Shown here one piece after another: positions 1 to 11,996 of a stretch of DNA of 64,000 bases (position 1 is its first letter; each line of letters starts with the position of its first letter). This DNA is from Malacoraja senta (taxonomy: Eukaryota): NCBI GenBank assembly GCA_038087875.1, contig CM075993.1, positions 1,304,001 to 1,368,000 of the forward strand, in the 5' to 3' direction. Under the pieces are notes generated by a model. That model made no database searches. It worked only from the letters and a program-made list of their open reading frames with translations, and was not told the origin of the DNA. The position numbers and the translations under genes were made by a program.

Positions 1-172
1 CTGGGGAGATGAAATGGGACGTTTTAGGTTGAGCTTCTCTGGAGCTGTGAGGCAGCAGCTCTACCCACTGCACAACTGAACAGTGCAATAGGACATTAGA
101 ACCTTATCAGATAGATGAGCGACAATGACTGTATGGGTTTGTGTTCATATAGTGATGGTGATCTCTTATGTA

Positions 173-361
173 GACAAAAATGCTGGAGAAACTCAGCGGG
201 TGAGGCAGCATCTATGGAGCGAAGGAATAGGTGACATTACGGGTCTCGACCCGAAATGTCAGCTATTCCTTCGCTCCATAGATGCTGCCTCACCCGCTGA
301 GTTTCTCCAGCATTTTCGTCTACCTTCGATTTTTCCAGCATCTACAGTTCTTTCTTAAACA
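173..361. mobile_element. Fold-back Penelope-terminus unit with 15-bp TSD
   Basis: Inverted arms ~170-323; TSD gtgatctcttatgta at 158-172 and 362-376. Confidence 0.8.
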
Positions 362-471
362 GTGATCTCTTATGTAATCTGCCTGCCATCTCTGATATAA
401 AATTACCTATGTGTGCCTGCAATAAATATGGACAAGAATGTAAAGTGCTTTTGTTGCTTTTCAGGAGCAGC

Positions 472-1107
472 ATGAATTCGGTGATCCTAAGCTACCATGA
501 CAGCTTGATACGGCACTCAGACATGCTGCTGCTCAACCCACCCAACTGGCTGAATGACCACATCATTGGCTTTGCCTTTGAGTACTTTGCCACCGAGCAG
601 TACAAGGAGCTGCTGGGCAAGGTGTGCTTCATCAGCCCTGAGGTGACCCAGTTTATCAAGTGTACGACCAGTCAGGAGGAGCTGGCCATCTTCCTGGAGC
701 CGCTCGCCCTGAACCAGAAGAGCTTGGTCTTCCTGGCAGTCAACGATAACTCCGTGCAGGCGGCTGGCGGGTCTCACTGGAGCCTGCTCCACTACAGCAG
801 GGACAAGGACTGTTTCAGCCACTTTGATTCCTGCAGCAGCATGAACGAAAGCCATGCCCGTCAGATTGCCAGGAAACTGCAGCACTTCTTGGGAACCAAA
901 TCTGAAGTGCCTTTCTTAGAAGAGCTGGCGCCAGTCCAGAAAAACAGCTATGATTGTGGGATGTACGTTATCTGTAACACAGAGGTTCTTTGTGAGCAGT
1001 ACCTCAGGGGTGAGCAGAGGCCACTGATGATGGTCATCACACCATCTTACATCACCCAGAAGAGAGTTAGCTGGAAAAAGCTGATTGAGCGGTTGTCGAA
1101 GGAATAA
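472..1107 (+). CDS. SENP8: Sentrin-specific protease 8 (NEDD8-specific protease NEDP1/DEN1), 211 aa, single coding exon
   Basis: Translation MNSVILSYHDSLIRHSD...WLNDHIIGFAFEYF...FISPEVTQFIKC...NDNS.QAAGGSHWSLL...HFDS...QKNSYDCGMYVICNTE matches vertebrate SENP8, with the His/Asp/Cys catalytic residues. Acceptor ttgcttttcag ends at 464, 7 nt before ATG 472, so the ORF-track start at 409 is intronic. Confidence 0.96.
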   Translation: MNSVILSYHDSLIRHSDMLLLNPPNWLNDHIIGFAFEYFATEQYKELLGKVCFISPEVTQFIKCTTSQEELAIFLEPLALNQKSLVFLAVNDNSVQAAGGSHWSLLHYSRDKDCFSHFDSCSSMNESHARQIARKLQHFLGTKSEVPFLEELAPVQKNSYDCGMYVICNTEVLCEQYLRGEQRPLMMVITPSYITQKRVSWKKLIERLSKE

Positions 1108-2493
1108 CTACTTCTTGCCAAAATGTCTACCTTGTTTTGTGGATGAGTCAGCTATATTTTTGTTTACAGTCGTCGTTACCTTTACAGAGTTGGGGAATGC
1201 TTCAATATAAAAAGGCTGTGGATTTTTGAATGTTGTGAAAGTTGCCCCTTTTAAGATGGCTGAGGAATCTTGTTCCTCCACATCCCCCAACTCTTAGCAA
1301 AGTAAGTTTCCAGTTGGCTACCTTCCTTGTAATATTGAGAGTGCACTATATTACAGGTATACAACGACTCTGTCATGTAATCTGACCTTGCACAAAACTA
1401 TTTCACCAAAAATTACACCGCTATTGGTCCACGGGGGAGAAAGAGTAATAGAACTGATGGTAACATGCCATTGCTGTACCTGTTAACCAACTGTGCCATT
1501 ATTTATCCACGTGTGATAGTGCTCCACAACACCTCATTCACCCGTGGCTGAATTATGTGCAAATGACATTTAATCTGATATTTCCTTGAGGTTTCTTTGT
1601 TTTATCTTGAATCTGAAAATTCTATGTGTCGATGCAGCATCAAAAACAGAATCACAAGGGACTTGCATTGCAGTACCCTTGTTTTTGAGATTATATCCTC
1701 AAGATTTACCTCGGGCTTTCTATCATTCAATCCCCCTGATATCCAACAATCCACAGGCTTTCGAAACATGGAACTTGTTGTCATTTGATAGTTTTATGAT
1801 TTAGCATCTTCTCTGTGTTGGTTCTTCCTATTTTTCAGTCATGACAGGGGTTGGTTCATTATGGTTGAGTTGTCATTTTAACTATTTGTTACATTAGGGT
1901 GGGGGAATTGGAATTAAAAATATCATATTCACAAAATACATTTTAAACCAGCAACCTGTTATTTTCAGAGAATGTTTTGTGCTGTGCTTCATTATATTAC
2001 AGTAAAACACAAAGTGCTGGAGCAACTCAGCAGGTCAGGCAGCATCTCTGGAGGACATGGATAGGCAACATTTGAGTCAGGACCCTTCTTATGACCGGCG
2101 ATCTCCCTTCCTCAGCTTCCAACCTTATATAGTTCCGCAATCCTGTATTAACCGTTTCATCTCCTTCCAAAAAAGATATTGAGTGTGAAGAATGGTTCCA
2201 CCCAAACATCAGCAATCCATGTCCTCCAGAGATGATGCCTGACCACTGAGATCCAACACCACTTTGTGTTTTACTGAAGATTCAAGCATCTGCATGAATG
2301 TGACTGAATTACATTCATAGCTACTGTTTATACGCATGTTCTGATCGATTCTCTTCAATTGTCACAATCATGCTTTGGAATCTCTGAAACTGCAGAGTCT
2401 TGGAGTCAAACCGCGCAAACCAGGCCCTTCAGCATAGCATGCCCATTTTGACAATCAACTACCCATCTACACAATCCTATTTACCAGCAGGAT

Positions 2494-2738
2494 GTGTAGG
2501 AAAGAACTGCAGATGCTGGTTAAAATCAAAGGTAGACACAAAATGCTGGAGTAACTCAGCGGGACAGGCAGCATCTCTGGAGAGAAGGAATGGGTGACGT
2601 TTCGGGTCGAGACCCTTCTTCAGACTTGACCCGAAACGTCACCCATTCCTTCTCTCCAGAGATGCTGCCTGTCCTGCTGAGTTACTCCAGCATTTTGTGT
2701 CCAGCTTCGATTTAAACCAGCATCTGCAGTTCCTTCCT
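2494..2738. mobile_element. Fold-back Penelope-terminus unit (~245-bp hairpin)
   Basis: aggaaagaactgcagatgctgg...gggtgacgtttcgggtc / gacccgaaacgtcaccc...ccagcatctgcagttccttcct. Similar units at ~4014-4262, 18866-19048, 42126-42330, 51751-51925, 60829-60995, 62776-62982. Confidence 0.8.
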
Positions 2739-4378
2739 CTACCCTATTTTTCTAAAGCGCTCCATACCTGGTGAATCTTCTCGGCTCCCTCTCCATATCC
2801 ACCCTATCATCCTCAAACTGCACACAGCACTCTGTGTGATTTCCCGTTTGCAATTTTCCTCCCCTCCTTGCCTGAAGTTATTAACTCTTGCTGCATCTGG
2901 AGATATTTGTTACTTTGACTCCAGACATCACACTCATTCATAGATCAACACCCCACAACCTGGTTGTGTTTCTCACCGATATTCGTGAAAAGGGTCAGTT
3001 CACAGGGTCACAAACATCAGCCCTGGTTGACCACATCCTCTCCACTGAAGCTAACTTTTGTGCGCCTTCTAACGTGCTGGCTCAGATCAGCTCGCTCAGC
3101 ACAGACAGAATTGAATCTGAAAACTTATGTGCTCATTGGCTGAGCTTTTCAGAGGTTCATAGTTCTCGGAGCAGAATTTGGCTATTCGCCCATCAAGTCT
3201 ACTCCGCCATTCAATCATGGCTGATCAGTCTTTCCCTCTCAACCCCATTTTTTTGCCTTCTCCCCATAACCCCTGACACCTGTACTAATCAAGAATCTGT
3301 CAATCTCCGCCTTAGAAATATCCATTGACTTGGCCTCCACAGATTCACCACCCTCTGACTAAAGAAATACCTCCTTTCTAAAGGTATGTCCTTTTTGGCC
3401 TCTGGTCCTACACTCTCCCACTGGTGGAAGCTGATTGGCAACAGAATATCGACCCAAGCACTTAGCCTGACCTGTATTGAAAGAATAGTCTTCCTTTGGG
3501 AAGAAGCATCAGTCTGTTTTGGAGTTGTAGCCACATTCAGTAATTAAATGATGCTGATATATGGTGTTTAGTGGGGATCCAAGGAAGAACCTTTTCACCC
3601 AAGTGCGGTTGGAATTTGAAATGCATTGACTGCAAAGGTGGGGGCAGAGACAATTAGGATTGCAAGTTCTATATGTTGTGTAGAAATCTCGCATTGTGAT
3701 CAGATGCATGTCCAGAGGTGAGAGCAGACTGTATGAAGAGGCTGCCCACAAAACCCAGCTGAGAGCTGGGAGTTCCCCATGCTTTAGCTCACACAATGTT
3801 TCAAAGACCTCATCACTTTACAAAGCAGGAGAACGCACCACTTAAATGCAAAATAAAATTATATCCTAGCTCAATCAGTAAATTCACAGTTCAAGATTCA
3901 GGTTCCAGTTCAGACACTTGAGCCCATAATCCAGTTGAGAGCAGCACCGATGGAGGAGTCCAAGGTGGAAAATACCCTCTTCCAATCCTCCGCTGAAATA
4001 AATTAATCAGTAAGATAGACACAAATGCTGGAGTAATTCAGCAGGACAGGCAACATCTCTGGAGAGAAGGAATGGGTGACGTTTCGTGTCGAGACCCTTC
4101 TTCACACTGCTTCAGACTTCAGTCTGCTAGTCTGAAGAAGGGTCTCGACCCAAAACATCACCTATTCCTTCTCTCCAGAGATGCTGCCTGCCCCACTGAG
4201 TTACTCCAGCATTTTATGTCTGTCTTTGGTTTAAACCAGCATCTGCAGTTCCTTCCTACACACAAATGTCTCGGTATATCTGTTCAAAGGTGTTCATTCA
4301 ACAGCCCTTCTTCAAACGTTATGCAGATTACTTGGCCAATCGTCTTAACATTGATTCTGTGACTTTGCTGTTTATTTA

Positions 4379-4498
4379 CAGTGCCCTCCATAATGTTTGG
4401 GACAAAGACCCATATTTATTTATTTGCCTCTGTACTCCACAATTTGAGATTTGTAATAGAAAAAAATCACATTGTCTCAAACATTATGGAGGGCACTG
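4379..4498. mobile_element. Tc1/mariner-derived MITE (120 bp)
   Basis: TIRs CAGTGCCCTCCATAATGTTTG(G/A)GACAA with TA on both sides. One end of a longer relative lies at ~34560-34717. Confidence 0.88.
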
Positions 4499-5769
4499 TA
4501 TGTGACTCCATTGCTTCACCTATTTGAATGTTGACCGCAAATTTAATAAAAGTTTGTTCAGTGGTCAGATAATTTTTTTATAGCTTATGGAAGCAAGAGC
4601 CATACACCAACATCTCCAAGATCTCAAGTGCCTGAACTAAGTTTGGAGATTGCATGTCCTAGAGTTTTAAACTTATTTCTTTTTGGGTCTCTTCAGAATT
4701 CCAAGGATGGAGTTTAAATGTCATCTGGAACATATAAAAAGTTTGGAAGTTCAAATAACCCATATATTTGTAATGTTCTTGTAAGACATCTATCCATTTT
4801 TTGGGGGGGGCTTCTAAGCTACTTGTTCCCAAGTTGCTGCCTCTCTCTGATGGCACAGATACTGACCACCCTCTGGTACAGTCTGAAGAAGGGTCTCGAC
4901 CTGAAACGTCGCCTATTTCCTTTGCTCCGTAGATGCTGCCCCACCCGCTGAGTTTCTCCAGCATTTTTGTCTACCCTCTGGTACATTTGTGTTTGTCTTC
5001 CTTTAAACAACGCAATCTAGAGAGGTTTGCCATCTTTGTATTCAATGCAGTGGATATAAGTGAATTATTTCCGGTCCAAGAGAAAGGCAAGATTTGAAAA
5101 GTAGTCATAGTTGCAATATGCGACAAGTGACAATAAAATATATTCAACGTGCCAGTAATAAACCTAAACTAACATCCAAACATGCACCTTCCGTTCACCT
5201 TTATCCTCTGGGTGCTGATTGACTTTGGCTCCCAGGTAAGTAGTGCCTTAATTTTAAAATACTTAACCTTGTTTATTAATAAACTATGATCTTTCTGATC
5301 CCTGCAACTCTCAGAATCAGTTTTGATCCACTTCTCACCTCTATAATTACTCCAGCTTTAGAGACAGGGCGCTGGCTGGCAACACTCGATCCTCCGGAGT
5401 GAACTTCCTGAACTTCCCCTACTTTCTGTCCCATTAAATTCCCCCGACCCCACCTAATATTGACATGTGTCAACAGACGGTTGCAGGAACAATGGGGCTT
5501 TGTGAGTGCAGAATAAGTCCACCTTTTAGCTGGAGGCAGCAGATGGCAGCCAAGAGCAGAAAGTTGCAGATGAAAGGTTTGCTGCCCGTAGTATTTTCCT
5601 CACAGATCCGTAAGACGGAGCTCTCGCCTTTATATTCTTCAAAATGTCCGATTTCCAATCTCCCGAGTTCTCACTTCGGCCTTGACCTTAAACCAACGCA
5701 TTATGATTTAGACACAAGGATCTGCAGATGCTGATTTACAAAAAAAACACAAACAAGCGTGGAGTAACC

Positions 5770-5969
5770 NNNNNNNNNNNNNNNNNNNNNNNNNNNNNNN
5801 NNNNNNNNNNNNNNNNNNNNNNNNNNNNNNNNNNNNNNNNNNNNNNNNNNNNNNNNNNNNNNNNNNNNNNNNNNNNNNNNNNNNNNNNNNNNNNNNNNNN
5901 NNNNNNNNNNNNNNNNNNNNNNNNNNNNNNNNNNNNNNNNNNNNNNNNNNNNNNNNNNNNNNNNNNNNN
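5770..5969. other. Assembly gap (200 N)
   Basis: Run of N. Confidence 1.
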
Positions 5970-6039
5970 CACAGCGGAAAGATAATGTTGTGATTATAAT
6001 CGAGCCATTTACTGGGTACAGACACATGAAAAAGGAAGG

Positions 6040-6562
6040 TGTGGGAAGGAACTGCAGGTGCTGGTTTACACCGAAGATAGACACAAAATGCTGGAGTAAC
6101 TCAGTGGGACAGGCAGCATCTCTGGAGAGAAGGAATGGGTGACGTTTCGGGTCGAGACCCTTCTTCTGACTGAGGGGGGGGGGAGGGAGTCACAGAGATA
6201 AGGAAGGGTAAAATGAGACATCAATAGAGATGAAGTTTGAGGAAAATGTAGAATAGATTGTTTGCTCGGAGATGTTGACAACAAAGCAAATATAGAATGT
6301 AGTCGGAGGCAGTGAGACTGGTGGGAGAACTGGGAAGGGGATGGAGAGAGAGGGAAAACAAGGGCTATTTGAAGTTAGAGAAGTCAATGTTCATACCGCT
6401 GGGGTGTAAGCTACCCAAACGAAATATGAGATGCTGTTCCTCCAATTTGCGCTGGGCCTCACTCTGACAATGGAGGAGGCCCAGGACAGAAAGGTCAGTG
6501 TGGGAATGGGAGGGGGAGTTAAAGTGTTTGCCAACCGGGAGATCAGGTAGGTTCAGGTGCAC
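6040..6562 (-). mobile_element. Penelope-like element 3' fragment
   Basis: ORF 6365-6562 PDLPVGKHFNSPSHSHTDLSVLGLLHCQSEAQRKLEEQHLIFRLGSLHPSGMN, followed by the terminal repeat. Confidence 0.85.
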
Positions 6563-9500
6563 TGAGTTTTAGTTTAGTTTAGAGATACAGTGCGGAAACA
6601 GGCCCTTCGGCCCACCGGGTCCGTGCCGACCAGCGATCCCCGCACACTAACACTATCCTACACACACTAGGGACAATTTACACCTATACCAAGCCAATTA
6701 ACCCACAAACCTGCACATCTTTGGAGTGTGGGAGGAAACCGAAGATCTCGGAGAAAACTCAAGGGGAGAACGTACAAACTCTACCGACGGCACCCGTAGC
6801 CGGGATCGAACCCTGGTCTCTGGTGCTGCAAGCGCTGTAAGGCAGCAACTCTACCGTGCTGCCCCCAGAATGTGAGATATAATGTTTAGTGCAAGGTAAA
6901 GTCCAATCAAGGATAGTCCGAGGGTCAGCATTGAGGCACTGGGTCCATATTGCCTAGCACCGGGGACAGGTAGAACCTGCTTTCCCGTGAGTGAGAGGGT
7001 GAGCGGGAGATGTCCTGTCTCTAGGCGACCGGACAAGAGGAACTGAAACACGACACGTCACTGCCGTGGGTGGAGTTCAGCCTGTGGTCATCCCTGGACC
7101 TGCAATCTTCTCAGCTTTCCATTTCTTGGCCAAGGCCACAATCTGTAACTGGTTCTCACCCTAACACACAGCTAACAATGGCCTGTTTCCTTTATCATTA
7201 CTTTTGTGGTAGTGGGCCTGGGAAACAGAAGTCGCAGAAGCTGCCTGTCCCGCTGAGTTACTCCAGCATTTTGTGTCTTGTCTTCGGTTTAAATCAGCAC
7301 CTGCAGTTCCTTCTACACACTTTTTGTTCAATATATTTCCTTTGCCCACTATCGCCTCCTGGTGGTGACCACTGACCAGAAATCCCTTCTGTTAGAAGTA
7401 AGTAAGTACATTTTATTTATATAGCACGTTTAAATCAACTCACGTTGAAACCAACGTGCTTTACATAAAAGAAATAATTAAGTTTCCGTACATCCATAGA
7501 AAAATTAAAAACAAGAAAAATGGACACACCACATTATAGAATTCAACACAAACGTCCCCCCACAACAGAATCAAAATGTCCCACTGTGGGGAAAGGCATC
7601 AGATAGTTCAGTCCTCTTCCTCTGTGATCACCCGAGGTCGGGGCCTATTTGTGGCCTCCGCAGCCAGCCCGATGTTTTCAGGCCCTCTTTGCCGGGAAGA
7701 TGGAACTCCAGCGTCGGGTGGACATTCCTAGGTGGCTTGGAAATGTCTGGAGCGGCCGCTTCCTCCCCGGAGACCGCGGCTCCCAAAGTCCTCAGGAGTT
7801 GTGCAGTACAGAATGGGGCCCTTCGGCCCAACTCATCAATGCTAACTCATGGATGCCTATCTACATTAATCCAATACTGAAGAAGGGTTTGGGCCCGAAA
7901 CGTTGCCTATTTCCTTCGCTCCATAGATGCTGCTGCACCCGCTGAGTTTCTCCAGCATTTTTGTGAACCCTTATTAGGCTCGCTTCAAGAGAGAGTAAGA
8001 TTTAGCTCTTAGGGCTAATAGAATCAAGGGATATGGGGAAAAAGCAGGAACGGGGTACTGATTGTGGATGATCAGCCATGATAATATTGAATGGCGGTGC
8101 AGGCTCGAAGGGCCGAATAGCCTACTCCTGCACCTATTTTCTATGTTTCTATCACGACTCCTTTCCTATCCAAATACTTGTCCACTTTTGCCTTTTAAAC
8201 ATTGTAATTGTATCTGCCAACACTGCCTCCTAGTGGCAACTCTTTCTCATTACCCTCTGCATGGAAAAACCTGTCCTTCAGGTCTCTTTTAACTCTCCCG
8301 TCTCACCTTAAACCTCCCCCTAGACTTGCCCAATCTGGTCAAGGATTATCTTCCTGTACCTTTCCCTCTCTAACTTCTATAAATCTCTATAAGTTTGCTC
8401 CTCAGCTACCCGACGTTCCAGAATAAACCCAGCGTCCAGAAACATCACCTGTCCATTCCGTCCACAGATGCTGCCTGGCCCCGCTGAGTTCCTCCAGCAC
8501 TGTGTGCTTTGCTCAGGATTTCAGCGCCTGCGGTTCCCTTGTGTAACCAATCTCTCCTTATTTCAGTTCTCCTTTCCACGCCACATCCTGGTGAACATGT
8601 TTGCCTCCACGCCCTGCCCATTGTGCACTGCCCAGATGTGTACACAACACTCCAAATGCAGGCTGACCCATGCTTGTGTGTGTGTGCAACATCCCCGCTC
8701 AATATGTCAGCCTCTGGAGGCAAGGGTCTCTAATGCCTCCTTCACTTCCTAATCCACTGGGTCAAAGTGTGTCGGAAGGAACTTCAGGTTGAGAAGGGTC
8801 TCGACCTCAAAGGTTACCTGTTCCTTTCCTCCAGAATGTTGCCTGAACTGCTGAGACACGGCAGCACTTTGTGTTTATCTACCTGCGCCAACGTTTTCAA
8901 GGTGCTATGAACTTGTCACCCTAAGGTCCCTCAGTATATCAACACCCTTGACGGGTGTGGGGGGACCACCGTAGGGAGGAGGGGGGAGGGGGGAAGGACA
9001 ATGATGGACCCGGCGTGGGGGCACTTTGTAACTTTGTCAGTGCCCTTTATGTGTCACCTATTTGCATACCTCGGGTATGCAAGCAAAGAATTTCACTGTG
9101 ACTTGTCTCACGTGACAAAGTATTCCATTCCTACACATTGTCTCACATTTGCCCAGTCTAAATGCCATGTGCCACCTCTCCATCCAACATTCCAGTTGAT
9201 CTTTGTCCCTATGTATCTTTGCACAACTTTCTCCGCCAATGCTCCACTCATTCATTGTCATCCTGCAGTCGTGCTCATCGGGCCTCCGACATGCTCACTG
9301 ATCAGTTGTATACAAGACAAACAACAGAGGTCCCAGCACTGATCCCTGTGGTTGGCCACTGGTTACAACAGCAGCCTCTGCCTCCTATTACTGAGCCATC
9401 TTGTTGCCAACACATCTACGATCCAGAGACAGGCGAGACTGCAGATGCTTGAAGAAGGGTCCTGACCAGAAACGTCGCCTGTCCATTTCTCTTCATAGAT

Positions 9501-10209
9501 GCTGCCCGACCAGCAGGTTGTTTTATGCCTGACATCCCTGGTGTCTTGACCTAGAACAGTGGGATCTTATCAAAATCCTTCCATTCCACATACACCACAT
9601 CTGCCTTCATCAATTTTCTTAGTTACGCTCTCAAAAAGACTTTTGTAAGGCAGTGCGTGATTTATTCCAGAGTAGGTGACTGTACATGGCTGTCCACAGG
9701 TGGCCTTGGCAAGCAAGTCTTATTCCTTTGGGCAAAGGGGTTTCTGTTGACTGAAGGCCAGTGTTTCTCCTGGACCTGTAGCAAGCAGTCAGACAAATAG
9801 GTAGAATGTTGGCCTCTCCTGCACGGGAAATGAATGCAAGAATGAGGAAGTTGTGCTATGAATAACGAGACTGCATTGTCGAGGCCACACCCAGAGGGTT
9901 TTGTTCATTTTGCTCTCTCTCCATCTACAAGCCTGGATTAATTATATTTACAGTATAGATTCATGAGGGAACACAAAGTGCTGGAGAAACTCAGCAGGTC
10001 AGCAGCATCTCTAGAGAATGTATAGGTGACGTTTAGTTAGTTTATTGTCACGTGTACCGAGGTACAGTGAAAAGCTTTTGTTGCGTTCTACCCAGTCAGC
10101 AGAGGGACAATAAGTGACTTTGCGGTGCTGGCGCAAAGGGCCGAATGGCCTACTCCTGCACCTGTTGTCTATTGATTACAATCGTGCCATTTACAGTGTA
10201 CAGATACAT

Positions 10210-10826
10210 AGAATAGATTAGAATAGGATAGAATCTTTATTTGCCACACGACCAGGGTTGGTGGTATTTGGGTTCGGTACATGATGGTACACTGCTTTAG
10301 TCACATTAACACTAATAACAACACAAATCATAGTAATAAAGTGCATCCATACCACATCACAAATCACAAATCTCACCAACAATACATAGTGCAAAAGAAC
10401 AGACAAGACCATAGACAAGACACTGTATACATCAAAAGTCCTTAGTATTGTCTGTTATTGGAGGGAATTAAGTGTTCTTATTGCTGAGGGGAAGAAACTG
10501 TTTTTAAAGCAGGTGGATTTTGTAGCAAGTGACCTAAGGCGCCTCCCTGAAGGGAGAGACTGGAAAAGGTGGTTTGCTGGATGGGAGGGGTCCGAGATGA
10601 TCTTTATTGCCCGTTTTGAGGTAAGTTGGAGGTAAATGGTATGGATTGAGGGGAGGGGAGAGTTGATGATCCTAGAGGCCTTGGAGACAATGCGCTGTAT
10701 TCTGTGTAGTGAGTGACTGTCAGTGTTTCCGTACCAGACTGTGATTGAGGAGGTGATGATGCTTTCAATGATGGATTGATAGAAGCGGACCAGGAGGTGT
10801 TTGTGGACTCTGAACTTTGTGGACCA
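10210..10826 (-). mobile_element. Rex1/Babar LINE 3' fragment
   Basis: FYQSIIESIITSSITVWYGN...IQRIVSKASRII...IISDPSHPANHLFQSLPSGRRLRS...FKNSFFPSAIRTLN. Related fragments at ~18100-18650 and 24790-25330. Confidence 0.82.
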
Positions 10827-11535
10827 TGATAAGGGAATAACGTTTAGTGCAAGGTAAAGCCAGCAAAGTCTGTTCAAGGATAGTCCGAGGGTCACCAAAG
10901 AGGTAGATAATAGTTCAGCACTGCTCTCTGGTTGTGGTAGGATGATTCAGTTGGCTGAGAACAGCTGGGAACAAAATGTCCCTGAATCTGGAGATGTTTT
11001 GGGTCGGGTCCTTTCTTCTAATCCATGAGACTGATTTTTGAGACAAATTGAGATCGGCAACGATGGCTAAAACAACGGGTGGTTATTAGAATTAGAGGTC
11101 ATTTCATTAAAACATTCAGGTCACCCCACAGGGACACCGGCCCCTTGACGCACCAGGCCACCAAGCATCAAACATCTATTACACTCATCCTCTGCAGTGC
11201 CGTTTATTTCCCTCACATTCCCACCAGAGCTTAGGCTTTGGCAGCTGAAGCCACCTCGGCAAAGAACAATCACGAGGGCAAAACTCTGAGCATTCGCAAG
11301 TTGGAGGAGAATGTCGGGGTGGGTTAGGGAGGGCAACACAGAAACTCACCCTCATTCAGAATTTAAAATATATAATTATCAAAATTGTGCAGAGATTCTT
11401 CACACATTCTCCGTGCCTATAGTTTGGATAGTCTCACATTCAGTCGTATTCATACCTATCTTTAAACAAAACACCCTTGCCCTTGATGTGTAGGAAGGAA
11501 CTGCAGATGCTGGTTTACAACTGAAGATGGACACA

Positions 11536-11996
11536 GAGACACCACGACGAGTGCACCTCAAGTCACGGCACCCCTTTGCCACGCAAGCCCAAGAGCTGCT
11601 CTGCACAACACCGGCTGACGCTTCTAAGGCCGCCTAGGTCAAGACGAGATGGAGAGACCAGTGGAAGTCAGCGGAACCATCTAGGCTACACCATTACATC
11701 GATGACCCCATGGACGTCCCTGGCCAGGACCTGCCCCGAAAGCAGTGGACAACCCTCAACCGCTTGAGGACACGCATCGGATGCTATGGAGTAGCGATGA
11801 AGTGGTGGGGCCTCGTGGACAGCGCCTCCTGCGAGTGTGGGGACCCAACACAGACAGTGGAGCACACCGTCACCAGTTGCCCCAAACACCGGCCACCGAA
11901 TGGTGAACGAGGTCTGATTGACCTGGACGATGACACGTTGGCCTGGCTCGCCTCAACGGAGCTGCAGGTCTAAAACACACACGACAGAAGAAGAAG
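11536..11996 (+). mobile_element. 5'-truncated LINE 3' end (Ingi/Vingi-like, I group), (GAA)n tail, nested in a Penelope-terminus repeat
   Basis: ORF 11710-11973 LPRKQWTTLNRLRT...CECGDPTQTVEHTVTSCP (C-terminal zinc-knuckle-like); tail gaagaagaag; approximate TSD atggacaca/atagacaca. The clade label is from memory. Confidence 0.7.

Noticed and set aside
409..471. N-terminal extension of the SENP8 ORF
   Set aside because: Mostly upstream of a clear splice acceptor (ends 464); homology starts at Met 472.
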